A DNA stretch of 64,000 bases. Origin: an uncultured SAR116 cluster alpha proteobacterium (GTDB taxonomy: Bacteria; Pseudomonadota; Alphaproteobacteria; Puniceispirillales; Marisalimonadaceae). Shown here one piece after another: positions 8,913-18,957 of this stretch. The stretch covers positions 26,021 to 90,020 of the forward strand of contig CACNEF010000004.1 of NCBI GenBank assembly GCA_902619485.1. Reading direction: 5' to 3'. Both the position numbers and the translations under genes were made by a program. The notes under the pieces were generated by a model that was not told where the DNA came from, searched no databases, and was given only the letters and a program-made list of their open reading frames with translations. Numbering within the stretch: position 1 is the stretch's first letter; each line of letters begins with the position of its first letter.

Positions 8913-9848
8913 ATGTATAAAATTGGGATCTGTGGCGCGGGTTTGATTGGAGCAAGTTGGGCAATAGGTTTTGCAAATGCTGGTTTTAAATGTTTTGTAT
9001 ATGACGCAAATCAAAATAGTTTTGCAAAATTTAGGAAAACATCAAACAAATTAATTCAAGATTTACGTATAATTAATTCCGATATTGACGAAGTTAGGAT
9101 AAATTCTAATATAAAACTTAACTGCAACATTGAAGAAATTTGTAATGACACTGTGTTAGTCCAAGAAAGTGTAGTAGAAGATTTAGAGATTAAAAAAAAA
9201 ATTTTTGTACAATTAGATAATCTAACATCAGAAAATACTATAATTGCCTCATCATCATCTTACCTTTTAATATCTAGAATTTCGGAGCTTGTTAAACATA
9301 AGCATAGATGTATCAATGCTCATCCAGCGTTGCCACCACATATTGTTCCATTTGTTGAAGTTGCTGGTGGAGAAAATACCGATCCTAAAATTATTAAACA
9401 AGCTGTCTCTATATACAAAAAGGCCAAATATGCAGCTATAACCGTAAATAAAGAGGCAGAAGGTTTTATTTTAAATAGATTGCAGGGAGCTCTTCTTAAC
9501 GAAGCAGTTAGACTTCACGAAGGAGAGTTTGCTTCTATGGAAGATATAGATATAGCTTTAAAACATGCATTAGGTATAAGGTGGGCATTTATGGGTCCCT
9601 TTGAGATTATGGATTTAAATGCACCAGAAGGTATCAAAGATTCCTTTACTAGATATAGAAAGGGTATACAAAATTTAGCTAAGGAGCAAAATAGCATTCC
9701 TGAATATTCAGAAGAATATTTAAATAAATTAGAAATGGATCAAAGAAAAAGATTATCTTATGATCAAAGAGGTAATAGAGTAGAAAAAAGAAATAAAATG
9801 ATTGCATTAATTAGAAAGCTTAAATCTGAATTAGGAGAGGATATTTAA
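8913..9848 (+). CDS. 3-hydroxyacyl-CoA dehydrogenase family, L-gulonate 3-dehydrogenase (lambda-crystallin)/carnitine dehydrogenase-like
   Basis: GAGLIGASWA, VQESVVE, ASSSS, HP..PP, GFILNRLQ, GIRWAFMGP. Confidence 0.85.
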   Translation: MYKIGICGAGLIGASWAIGFANAGFKCFVYDANQNSFAKFRKTSNKLIQDLRIINSDIDEVRINSNIKLNCNIEEICNDTVLVQESVVEDLEIKKKIFVQLDNLTSENTIIASSSSYLLISRISELVKHKHRCINAHPALPPHIVPFVEVAGGENTDPKIIKQAVSIYKKAKYAAITVNKEAEGFILNRLQGALLNEAVRLHEGEFASMEDIDIALKHALGIRWAFMGPFEIMDLNAPEGIKDSFTRYRKGIQNLAKEQNSIPEYSEEYLNKLEMDQRKRLSYDQRGNRVEKRNKMIALIRKLKSELGEDI

Positions 9849-10781
9849 ATGGCTAAAAAAGTAATTATCAGCTGTGCAGTAACAGGAGCGATACATACAC
9901 CTTCAATGTCAGAGTTTTTACCAGTGACAGCAGAAGAAGTTATTGAACATTCACTAGCAGCACATGAAGCTGGTGCCGCTGTCCTGCATTTGCATGCACG
10001 AGATGAGAATGATGGCCACCCAACTCAAGATCCGGAAGAATTTCAAAAATTTCTGCCAACCATTCACAACTCTTGTGATGCAGTGATCAACATTACAACT
10101 GGAGGTGGTCCACAAATGACAGTGGAAGAGAGAATGAAGCCTGCAATGCATTTTAAACCTGAACTTGCTTCTTTGAATATGGGATCAATGAATTTTGGAC
10201 TTTTCCCAATGCTCAAAAGACATAATCAGTTAAAATATCCTTGGGAAAAAGAAATGCTTGAAAAAAGTAAGTATTCTCTTTTTAAAAATACTTTTGAAGA
10301 TATTGAAAACATAATGACATTTGGTTATGAAAATGGAACCAAATTTGAGTTTGAATGTTATGATGTTGGTCACTTATATAATCTTCATTATTTTCATAGA
10401 GAAGATATGTTAAAAGGTCCTTACTTTATTCAATTTGTTATGGGAATAATGGGTGGTATTGGTGCTGATGCTGACAATTTATTACATATGAAAAAAACAG
10501 CTGATAAATTATTTGGTGAAGTAGGTTATGAGTGGTCAGTTGTCGGTGCTGGAGCAACTCAAATGAGGATGAATGCAACTGGTGCTTCTTTAGGTTCTCA
10601 TGTGCGTGTTGGTCTTGAAGATTCTCTATGGGACGGTCCTGGTAATTTAGCTAAGACAAATGCTGATCAAGTAAAAAGGGTAAGAGAAATCTTAGAAGGG
10701 CTTTCACTTGAGATTGCTACACCTGATGAAGCAAGAAAAATGTTAGGGCTAAAAGGAAAAAATAATACTAACATAAATTAG
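9849..10781 (+). CDS. Beta-keto acid cleavage enzyme (BKACE/DUF849, Kce family)
   Basis: CAVTGAIHTPSMS, HLHAR Zn motif, SLNMGSMNF, RVGLED. Confidence 0.95.
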   Translation: MAKKVIISCAVTGAIHTPSMSEFLPVTAEEVIEHSLAAHEAGAAVLHLHARDENDGHPTQDPEEFQKFLPTIHNSCDAVINITTGGGPQMTVEERMKPAMHFKPELASLNMGSMNFGLFPMLKRHNQLKYPWEKEMLEKSKYSLFKNTFEDIENIMTFGYENGTKFEFECYDVGHLYNLHYFHREDMLKGPYFIQFVMGIMGGIGADADNLLHMKKTADKLFGEVGYEWSVVGAGATQMRMNATGASLGSHVRVGLEDSLWDGPGNLAKTNADQVKRVREILEGLSLEIATPDEARKMLGLKGKNNTNIN

Positions 10782-10791
10782 AAAGTTAAAA

Positions 10792-11568
10792 ATGAACTAC
10801 GAAAGACTTCTTGAAGGTAAAAAAGCTCTTATAACAGCTGGAGCTGATGGCATTGGTTATGCAATAGCTAAAAGGTTTGACAAAGCAGGAGCCAAAGTCT
10901 TTGTATGTGATATCAATTCTGGAGCTGTGAACAAAGTTAATGATATTGACGATAATATTAAGGCAGTTGTATGTGATCTTAGGCAAACCCAATTGATCTC
11001 ATCTATGGTTGAAGCCGGGTTTGATTACCTAAAAGAAATTGATATTATTGTAAATAATGCTGGGATTGCTGGAGAGACTGCTGGTGTTGGGGAGCAAACG
11101 CTAGGAGGTTGGCAAGAGTGTTTACAAGTTAATATTACTAGTCATTTTGAAACAATGAGACTAGTTGTTCCACGTATGAATAACGATGGATCAATTCTGT
11201 CGGTATCTTCTGTTGCTGGTAGAGTTGGCTTTGCTTACAGGATACCATACGCAGCCACAAAATGGGCGGTTATAGGCATGGTTAAGAGTTTAGCAATTGA
11301 ACTAGGTCCTCGGGGTATAAGAGCAAACGCACTTTTGCCAGGTATTGTTGAAGGCGAGAGACAAAACAGGGTTATTGATGCAAAGGCTAAAGTTAAAAAA
11401 GTATCATTCAAAGTAATGAAAGACGAAATTTTATCTGGCGCGTCATTGAATAGATTTGTAACTCACGAAGATTTAGCAGAGCAAGCTCATTTCTTATGCA
11501 GTCCTCTTGGGAAAAATATTTCTGGTCAAGCTGTGAGTGTTTGTGGGAATATAGAAAAGGCCGGATAA
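10792..11568 (+). CDS. Classical SDR oxidoreductase
   Basis: TAGADGIG, NNAG, SSVAG, YAATK. Confidence 0.92.
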   Translation: MNYERLLEGKKALITAGADGIGYAIAKRFDKAGAKVFVCDINSGAVNKVNDIDDNIKAVVCDLRQTQLISSMVEAGFDYLKEIDIIVNNAGIAGETAGVGEQTLGGWQECLQVNITSHFETMRLVVPRMNNDGSILSVSSVAGRVGFAYRIPYAATKWAVIGMVKSLAIELGPRGIRANALLPGIVEGERQNRVIDAKAKVKKVSFKVMKDEILSGASLNRFVTHEDLAEQAHFLCSPLGKNISGQAVSVCGNIEKAG

Positions 11569-11570
11569 GT

Positions 11571-12419
11571 TTATTTTATAATTTCATCTAATATTGGATA
11601 GATATAAGTTTTAAATAAATCTGGGTTTTCTGACATAGGAAAATGACCTATTCCTGGTATTATAGTTGCCTTAGATCCCTTAATTCTTTTTGCTGTTTCT
11701 ATTGTCCGCTCAGGTGTACAAGAACAATCATATTCACCTGATAAAAGATATACTGGACATTTTGAAGTATCTATTAAATTTGAACGGTCGTCAAAGTCTC
11801 CGTCATGCCAATAAAAATAGAGATCTCCTTTGAAAACGCCAGGCCCTCCTTGCATATAATGCCATAAAGTTTCATGTTTAAAATTATTTGGACTCTGTGG
11901 TGCTAATTGTGAGGAAACAAATGCTGCTTGAACTAAACCGCCATGAACATCTGGTCTGTGCAGCCAATCTAGATCATAATAAGGTTCAAGTTTGTCAGAA
12001 CCTTCAAGTGCAATCACAGCTTTAAAGTAATTACAATGTTCAAGGGCAAGATGTAAGACTACTCTTCCACCCATGGAGCAACCCATTATAACCGGATCAA
12101 TTAATTTATATTGCTTACAAAAAGACATTATTATTTCTTTATAAAGATTTGTAGTTAGTTTGTAGTCTTTCAATTCATAACCTTCTGGTGGGTTAGATTT
12201 CCCATGCCAAGGCAAATCAAAGACAATTACTCTATAATTATTTGTAATTCTTCTATCATTTAAAATATGTCGAAATTGTCTTCCATCAGACCCAGCTGTA
12301 TGCAGACATAATAGAGGTGTCCCCTGTCCTGCTTCCTCAACATAAATTCTATAATTGTCTTTTTTTATATTTAAATTAAAATATCTGCCAATAATATCCT
12401 CAAAGTTTAAATCAGTCAT
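11571..12419 (-). CDS. Alpha/beta hydrolase
   Basis: LHTAGSDG, FDLPWHGKS, GCSMGG nucleophile, GEYD, GHFP. Confidence 0.9.
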   Translation of the reverse strand: MTDLNFEDIIGRYFNLNIKKDNYRIYVEEAGQGTPLLCLHTAGSDGRQFRHILNDRRITNNYRVIVFDLPWHGKSNPPEGYELKDYKLTTNLYKEIIMSFCKQYKLIDPVIMGCSMGGRVVLHLALEHCNYFKAVIALEGSDKLEPYYDLDWLHRPDVHGGLVQAAFVSSQLAPQSPNNFKHETLWHYMQGGPGVFKGDLYFYWHDGDFDDRSNLIDTSKCPVYLLSGEYDCSCTPERTIETAKRIKGSKATIIPGIGHFPMSENPDLFKTYIYPILDEIIK

Positions 12420-12780
12420 GCTTTTCTCTATTAGAAGCTATTAGATCTTTAAAATATTGAAGGTTTTGAATAAATGGGGTTAGGTCTCCATCTATATATA
12501 TAATTTTTTTTGCAAGCATAGCAAAGATATCATGATAATCTCTAGGAGGTACTTTTAACCAATGTTTATTCCAACTATCTCTTTGTCCATAAATTTTAAA
12601 AGTTCCACTTTGTGTTAAAATTTTCCTTTCATTTATAGACAATACATTTCCACTCAGGATCTCAAATAAATAATCTTTGTCTCCAATACCAAATGTGAAA
12701 GTGATATTTAACCAACGACCATTTTTAATTAATCTTTTATTGGAATTTATGTTGTTTATCCAATTTTCGATTGATAGCAT
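12412..12780 (-). CDS. Small hypothetical protein, possibly SCP2/sterol-carrier-like fold
   Basis: 122 aa, overlaps the hydrolase start by 8 bp; C-terminal 'IYIDGDL' resembles SCP2-like proteins. Confidence 0.6.
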   Translation of the reverse strand: MLSIENWINNINSNKRLIKNGRWLNITFTFGIGDKDYLFEILSGNVLSINERKILTQSGTFKIYGQRDSWNKHWLKVPPRDYHDIFAMLAKKIIYIDGDLTPFIQNLQYFKDLIASNREKHD

Positions 12781-12872
12781 AACTATATTCTTTCCATTAT
12801 GTAAAAATATAAATCTTTATAAATATTTTACAAAAGGAATCTTTGATATAAGTTTATACTATAGGGGGAGAA

Positions 12873-14081
12873 ATGTTTAACATTAATAATTTTTTACATT
12901 TAGATGCTCTAAAACCAGCAGTGGAATGGAAAGGTTTTCCAAAATACAATTTTGTGGGAGGGCATATTGATGGTGATAGTATCCCAGTGCAATCTATAAA
13001 GGATTCTCTAAATAAAATAATATTAAAAGAGGGAAAAACTTTAGCTAAATATGGACTAGAAAGTGGTCCTCAGGGCTTTTTACCATTAAGAAAATTTATA
13101 TCAAATCAGTCAAAAATTAGTTCAAAAATTAATTGCTCCGAAAGAGAGATATTAGTTCTTTCTGGTTCATTGCAAGCATTAGATCTTGTAAATCAGACAT
13201 TTCTTAGAAAAGGAGATACGGTAATAATTGAAGAGGAAAATTATGGAGGAACTATTTCAAGGCTGAAAAGACTTGGTGTAAATATGGTTGGAATACCTCT
13301 AGAAAAGGATGGAATGAATTTAAAAATCCTAGAACAAGAGTTGAATTACCTTCTTAAAAAAGCAATAATTCCAAGATATATTTACACAATACCAACAATT
13401 CAAAACCCAACTGGAACAGTAATGTCTGTTGCTAAAAGGAAACAGCTAATAAAATTGTCAAAAAAATATCAGATACCTATTTTTGAAGATGATTGTTACG
13501 CAGATCTTCTTTTTGAAAAAGAAAGACCCCCTGCGATAAAGTCATTTGATAAAGAGGGATATGTAACTTACTGTGGATCATTTTCTAAATCAATTGCACC
13601 TGCACTTAGAGTTGGATATTTAATTGCCAATTGGGAAGTTTTATCAAGAATATTACCTTATAAAACTGATGCAGGTAGCGGATCATTAGAACAAATGGCA
13701 TTGGCAGAGTTTTGTAAGGAAAATTTTAACTCACACGTCAAAACATTAAAAAATAAACTGAAAAAAAAATCAGAAGCTATTTGCAATGCTTTGGACAAAT
13801 ATTTTGGGTCTTCTGCTGAATATAACAAACCTGATGGTGGAATTTTTGTTTGGGTTGATATGCATAAAAAAATAGACACATCTCGTCTTTACGAATTGGC
13901 ATTAAAAGATGGTGTGGCTATAAATCCAGGAAATGAATGGTCAATTAACAAAAGTGGTAGACATAAAATGAGACTTTGCTTTGGTAATCCTTCAATTAAA
14001 GAAATTGATGAGGGCATTAAACGTTTGGCTATAATATGTAGAAAAGAATTTGGAATACCCACAAAGATTGCGAATTTATAA
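12873..14081 (+). CDS. PLP-dependent class I/II aminotransferase (MocR-like, no HTH)
   Basis: IPTIQNPTG, EDDCY, GSFSKSIAPALRVG PLP-Lys motif. Confidence 0.9.
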   Translation: MFNINNFLHLDALKPAVEWKGFPKYNFVGGHIDGDSIPVQSIKDSLNKIILKEGKTLAKYGLESGPQGFLPLRKFISNQSKISSKINCSEREILVLSGSLQALDLVNQTFLRKGDTVIIEEENYGGTISRLKRLGVNMVGIPLEKDGMNLKILEQELNYLLKKAIIPRYIYTIPTIQNPTGTVMSVAKRKQLIKLSKKYQIPIFEDDCYADLLFEKERPPAIKSFDKEGYVTYCGSFSKSIAPALRVGYLIANWEVLSRILPYKTDAGSGSLEQMALAEFCKENFNSHVKTLKNKLKKKSEAICNALDKYFGSSAEYNKPDGGIFVWVDMHKKIDTSRLYELALKDGVAINPGNEWSINKSGRHKMRLCFGNPSIKEIDEGIKRLAIICRKEFGIPTKIANL

Positions 14082-14981
14082 ATTTTTGTGAATCTTCATT
14101 ATATGTAAAATAGCTTCGGAAAAATTTTTAGGGTCCTCCTGAGGCACATTATGGCCAATATTTGGAAGAATTTCGTGTTTAAGATGACCTGAAAATTTTT
14201 GTTTAATTTTTGCAATATCAGATAATCCAGTCACGCCGTCATTATCACCATCAATTGTTATGGCGGGCGCAGAAATAACAGGTTGGTTAGATAATTTCTT
14301 TTCAATTTTTTCAAACTTTTTGTCGCCATACACTAGCCCAAATCGATGCCGGTAACTATGAATGACTATATCTACAAAATCGGGGTTCTCAAAAGCATTA
14401 GCACTTAAATTATATAAATTATTATTAACATTCCAAGTTGGTGACCATGTTTTCCATATAAATTTTATAAAATCATGACGTTGATTTAAAAGACTATTTC
14501 GTCCCCTTTCACTGTGGAAAAAATATTGATACCATAATTTTTGTTCAATTTCTGGTTTAACTGGTATAGATGATTTTTTTATGTCTTGAATATTGTAGCC
14601 GTTGCAGGAAACTAAACCTAAACATCTATTTGGATATAGTGCAGCAACTATGCAAGCGGCCCTGCCACCCCAATCATATCCTCCTAAAATTGCTTTATCT
14701 ATTTTAAGTGCGTCCATAAGTTTTAACAAGTCAAATCCAAGTGCTGCTTGTTGACCTGAACGTAAGGTATCATTTTGTAAAAAAAATGTGTGTCCATACC
14801 CTCTTAAGTAAGGAATAATTATTCTGCAGCTTGACATTAATAACGGGACTACTTCTTTGTAAGCGTGAATATCGTATGGGAAGCCATGCAGAAGTATTAC
14901 AGGTAAACCTTTTCTTGAACCTGCCTCAAAGTAGCTTACATTTAAATCTCCAGCATTTATATTTTTTAAATTCTTTATCAA
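14076..14981 (-). CDS. Epoxide hydrolase-like alpha/beta hydrolase
   Basis: LLHGFP, LRGYG, GYDWGG Asp nucleophile, WYQ, GHNVPQE. Confidence 0.88.
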   Translation of the reverse strand: MIKNLKNINAGDLNVSYFEAGSRKGLPVILLHGFPYDIHAYKEVVPLLMSSCRIIIPYLRGYGHTFFLQNDTLRSGQQAALGFDLLKLMDALKIDKAILGGYDWGGRAACIVAALYPNRCLGLVSCNGYNIQDIKKSSIPVKPEIEQKLWYQYFFHSERGRNSLLNQRHDFIKFIWKTWSPTWNVNNNLYNLSANAFENPDFVDIVIHSYRHRFGLVYGDKKFEKIEKKLSNQPVISAPAITIDGDNDGVTGLSDIAKIKQKFSGHLKHEILPNIGHNVPQEDPKNFSEAILHIMKIHKNL

Positions 14982-15001
14982 TTTTCATACAACATAAATT
15001 A

Positions 15002-15469
15002 TTAATTATTTATAGGTAAGGTATTTATTGTTTTAACTCTTCCTAGCGCAAAATTTGTTTCTATTGATGCAATACCTTTTACTTTTGTGAGTTCCTCTCT
15101 CATAAAGATTTCATAGTTTTTTAAGTCAGTTGCAACAACTCTTAATAAATAATCTCTATTTCCGGTTACTAACCAACAATCCATAACAGCTTCTAAAGAT
15201 GTTATTTCTTTTTCAAATGACTTTAAAATTTGATCAGTTTGATTCTCTAATCTAACAGATACAAAAGCAGTTACTGGATAACCATAAGCAATTTCATCAA
15301 TAATAGCTGTGTAACCAGCTATTAAACCTTTTTGTTCTAAGGCTTTTACTCTTCTTAAGCAAGGTGAAGGGGACAAGCCAACTTTTTCAGCTAACTCAAA
15401 ATTAGTTAATTTTCCATTTTGCTGAAGAAAAAAAATAATTTTTTGATCTATTTTATCAATATTGCTCAA
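15002..15469 (-). CDS. Lrp/AsnC family transcriptional regulator
   Basis: ELAEKVGLSPSPCLRRVKALE HTH, TGNRDYLL. Confidence 0.95.
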   Translation of the reverse strand: MSNIDKIDQKIIFFLQQNGKLTNFELAEKVGLSPSPCLRRVKALEQKGLIAGYTAIIDEIAYGYPVTAFVSVRLENQTDQILKSFEKEITSLEAVMDCWLVTGNRDYLLRVVATDLKNYEIFMREELTKVKGIASIETNFALGRVKTINTLPINN

Positions 15470-15495
15470 AAAAAACCTATTTTAATATAATATTT

Positions 15496-15517
15496 TGCTA
15501 ATATAATAATATTAGCA
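15496..15517. promoter_or_regulatory. Inverted repeat in the divergent lrp/aceE-like promoter region (candidate operator)
   Basis: tgctaatat-aata-atattagca, perfect 9-bp arms. Confidence 0.45.
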
Positions 15518-15591
15518 GATAATATTAATTTTAGAAGTATTTTTATAATATTTAGTCATTCATTTCATTTGAAATATGCTACAATAAAAAA

Positions 15592-17889
15592 ATGAAAAAT
15601 GTTGATATTTTAAAAAAAATTGAAAAGAAAGTGTTGTGGCTTGCTTGTTGGATGATTCATAATGCAAATCACATTAGAGAAAATCAAGATGGCCTTAAAG
15701 TTGGTGGTCATCAAGCTAGTTCTGCTTCAATAGTTTCAATTATGACAGCTTTGTATTTTAGTATTTTAAGACCTGAAGACAGAGTTGCAGTTAAACCTCA
15801 TGCAAGTCCAGTATTTCATGCTATTCAGTATTTATCTGGATTGCAAACTAAAGAAAAAATTGAAAATTTTAGAGGTTTTGGTGGTGCACAATCATACCCG
15901 TCTAGAACAAAAGATATTGATGACGTTGATATTTCGACTGGATCAGTTGGATTAGGTGTAGCAATGACAAGTTTCATTTCATTAATTCAAGATTATATTG
16001 CAAGAAAACAATTTTATAAAAACAAACCCTTAGGGAGAATGATTGCTTTAGTTGGTGATGCAGAACTAGATGAGGGTAATGTTTATGAGTGTCTTCAAGA
16101 AGGTTGGAAACATGATTTAAGGAATGTTTGGTGGATAATTGATTATAATCGACAATCACTTGATGGAGTTGTACATGAAGGGTTATCTGAAAGGCTAAGT
16201 TCTGTTTTTTCAGCTTTTGATTGGAACCTTGTAGTATTAAAATATGGTAAATTACAAGAAGAGGCTTTTAGAGAGCCTGGTGGAAATAAATTAAGAAAAT
16301 GGATTGATGATTGCCCTAATCAATTATACTCAGCTCTAATTTTTGAAGGAGGTGAGGCTTTTAAGAAAAGAATTTTAGATGATATTGGCGATCAAACCGA
16401 GATTTCAAATCTAATCAATAAAAGATCTGATTTTGAGTTTTTAGAATTAATGTCAAATTTAGGAGGTCATTGTATTTCTACTCTATGTGAGTCATTTAAT
16501 AAAATTAAGAATGATAAACCAACTGCTTTCATTGCATATACAATTAAAGGGTGGGGCACTCCATTAGCAGGTCATAAAGACAATCATGCTGGTCTTATGA
16601 CTAAAGCTCAAATGAACGATTTTAAATCTAAATTAGAAATTAATGATGGTGAGGAATGGAATAATTTTTCTGATGAAAAAAGTGAATTATACATTCACGA
16701 ATTTATCAAAAAACTTCCTTTTCAAAAAGCAGGTCATAGAAAATTTAGTGGAAATAAAGTAGTAATTGATGAACCAATTTTGATTAATGATAATAAAATA
16801 TCTACTCAAAGTGCGTTTGGAAAAATTCTAGACTCTTATGCAAAAAACAATACTGAATTTACCCAAAGAATTGTAACCACATCGCCCGATGTATCTGTTT
16901 CAACTAACCTTGGATCATGGATTAATAGAAGAGGATTGTTCAGTAGAAAAGATAATTCTGATATTTTTAAGGATAGGAAAATACCCTCTGCTCAAAAATG
17001 GATTTTTTCTTCAGATGGACAGCATATAGAGCTTGGTATAGCTGAAATGAATTTATTTATAATGCTTGGATCTGCTGGTCTTTCTCATGAGTTGTTCAAT
17101 GAAAGATTGTTCCCTATAGGCACAGTTTATGATCCGTTTATAGCACGAGGTTTAGATGCTCTAAACTATGCCTGTTATCAAGATGCAAGATTTATAATTG
17201 TAGGAACTCCCTCTGGTGTTTCCCTAGCGCCAGAGGGCGGTGCACATCAATCTATAGGAACACCATTAACTGGGATTAGTCAGCCAGGCCTTTTAAGTTT
17301 TGAGCCAGCGTTTGCAGATGAATTGTCAATGATCTTGAATTATAGCTTTAATTATTTGCAGGATGAAAATGGTGGTTCTGTTTACATAAGGCTAAGTACA
17401 AGATCTATAGAACAACCACATAGAGAATTGACAAACGATTTTAAAGATCAAGTTTTAAAAGGTGGATATTGGTTGAAGGAACCTGGATCAAATCCAGAAA
17501 TTATACTAGCTTATCAGGGTGTTATAGCAGCAGAAGTTATTGAAGCAACTGCTAATTTAGGAGAAAAATTTAGAGATATTGGGGTCTTAGCTATTACGAG
17601 TTCAGATATATTATTAGGTAACTGGAAAGATAAACATTTATCTACAAATCAAAATAAAACTGAATCTCATGTTGAGAATTTATTAAAAGATGTTCCAAGA
17701 GATACGAAGATTTTGACAGTAATTGATGGCCATCAATTAACATTATCTTGGTTAGGCTCTGTACTTGGTCATAAAGTAATACCTCTTGGCGTTGATCGTT
17801 TCGGACAAACTGGAAACATAAAAGAACTTTTGACAGAGTTTGTAATTGACTCTGGTAACATTAGTAACTTAGGGTTTAAATTTGCGTAA
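15592..17889 (+). CDS. TPP-dependent homodimeric 2-oxoacid dehydrogenase E1 (AceE/MdeB-like, transketolase superfamily)
   Basis: GGHQASSAS, QSYPS, STGSVGLG, GDAELDEG...DYN TPP motif, ELGIAE, EGGAHQS, FGQTG. Confidence 0.88.
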   Translation: MKNVDILKKIEKKVLWLACWMIHNANHIRENQDGLKVGGHQASSASIVSIMTALYFSILRPEDRVAVKPHASPVFHAIQYLSGLQTKEKIENFRGFGGAQSYPSRTKDIDDVDISTGSVGLGVAMTSFISLIQDYIARKQFYKNKPLGRMIALVGDAELDEGNVYECLQEGWKHDLRNVWWIIDYNRQSLDGVVHEGLSERLSSVFSAFDWNLVVLKYGKLQEEAFREPGGNKLRKWIDDCPNQLYSALIFEGGEAFKKRILDDIGDQTEISNLINKRSDFEFLELMSNLGGHCISTLCESFNKIKNDKPTAFIAYTIKGWGTPLAGHKDNHAGLMTKAQMNDFKSKLEINDGEEWNNFSDEKSELYIHEFIKKLPFQKAGHRKFSGNKVVIDEPILINDNKISTQSAFGKILDSYAKNNTEFTQRIVTTSPDVSVSTNLGSWINRRGLFSRKDNSDIFKDRKIPSAQKWIFSSDGQHIELGIAEMNLFIMLGSAGLSHELFNERLFPIGTVYDPFIARGLDALNYACYQDARFIIVGTPSGVSLAPEGGAHQSIGTPLTGISQPGLLSFEPAFADELSMILNYSFNYLQDENGGSVYIRLSTRSIEQPHRELTNDFKDQVLKGGYWLKEPGSNPEIILAYQGVIAAEVIEATANLGEKFRDIGVLAITSSDILLGNWKDKHLSTNQNKTESHVENLLKDVPRDTKILTVIDGHQLTLSWLGSVLGHKVIPLGVDRFGQTGNIKELLTEFVIDSGNISNLGFKFA

Positions 17890-17920
17890 GTATTTTTAAT
17901 AATAATAACGGATAGGAGTT

Positions 17921-18916
17921 ATGATGAATAAATTAATTAAAATATTAATGATAAGTTTTACGAGCTTATTCTTTACTGCTAATACTTTCGCGGCAGATGT
18001 AACAATGAGGATATCATTGCAGTTGCCTATGAAAAGTCACTTAGGTCAAAATTTATTACTCTTTAAACAAGAAGTTGAAAGTAGATCAAATGGTGAAATC
18101 AAGGTCGAAATTTATGACTCAGCGCAGCTTTATAAAGACAAAGAAGTACCTGCTGCAGTTGGTTCTGGATCAATTGAATCAGGTGTGGCGTCATTAACAA
18201 GATATGTTGGTGATATTCCAGCGGTTGATTTATTCTACCAACCATTCTTGTTAAATACTGACAAAAAAGTAAGAAAAGCTGTTTCCAAAGGTTCTTCAAT
18301 CAGAGGACCAATAGATAACGCAATTGAAAATACTGGTTCAACTGTATTATGGTGGCAAGCCTATGGTAACGCAATAATGCTTTCAAAAGGTCAGGCTATT
18401 AAAAATCCTTCTGATATGAAAGGAAAAAAAGTTAGAGTTTTTGGAAAGACCTTAGGTACTTTTGTTAAAGCATCAGGAGGAGCACCTACATTGATCTCTG
18501 GTTCCGAACAATATTTAGCTTATCAAAGAGGTACAGTTGATGTTGGGATGACAGGCGTGTCGGGTGTGAAGTCAAGAAAACTATTTGAGGTTATGGATAC
18601 TATTACAAAAACTAATCATGGCGTGATTGAGTTTATTGTTGTCGCTAATACAAAATGGTTTAATAGTCTATCAACAAAACAAAAGGATATCATTATTAAA
18701 TCTGCAGAAATTGCCGAAAAAGATGTGCGTGATAACGTTGCCAAAATTGAGCAGGAAGCATATGATTTAGCTAAGTCGAAAGGAATGAAAATTGTAACTC
18801 CAAGTAAAGCTGATATTGATGCCTTTAAGTCCGCATCTAAACCAGTTTATGAAGATTACAAGAAAAATGCCGGATCACTTGGTGCTCAGCTTTTAGATGC
18901 AGCCTCTAAATTATAA
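17921..18916 (+). CDS. TRAP transporter substrate-binding protein DctP
   Basis: Signal peptide, YDSAQL, DMKGKKVR, YQRGTVD. Confidence 0.92.
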   Translation: MMNKLIKILMISFTSLFFTANTFAADVTMRISLQLPMKSHLGQNLLLFKQEVESRSNGEIKVEIYDSAQLYKDKEVPAAVGSGSIESGVASLTRYVGDIPAVDLFYQPFLLNTDKKVRKAVSKGSSIRGPIDNAIENTGSTVLWWQAYGNAIMLSKGQAIKNPSDMKGKKVRVFGKTLGTFVKASGGAPTLISGSEQYLAYQRGTVDVGMTGVSGVKSRKLFEVMDTITKTNHGVIEFIVVANTKWFNSLSTKQKDIIIKSAEIAEKDVRDNVAKIEQEAYDLAKSKGMKIVTPSKADIDAFKSASKPVYEDYKKNAGSLGAQLLDAASKL

Positions 18917-18925
18917 ATTTTAAAA

Positions 18926-18948
18926 AGAGAGAGTTTTAAACTCTCTCT
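18926..18948 (+). terminator. Hairpin between dctP and dctQ (attenuator/mRNA stabiliser)
   Basis: agagagagttt-t-aaactctctct inverted repeat; short imperfect U tail. Confidence 0.6.
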
Positions 18949-18957
18949 ATTCTTATT

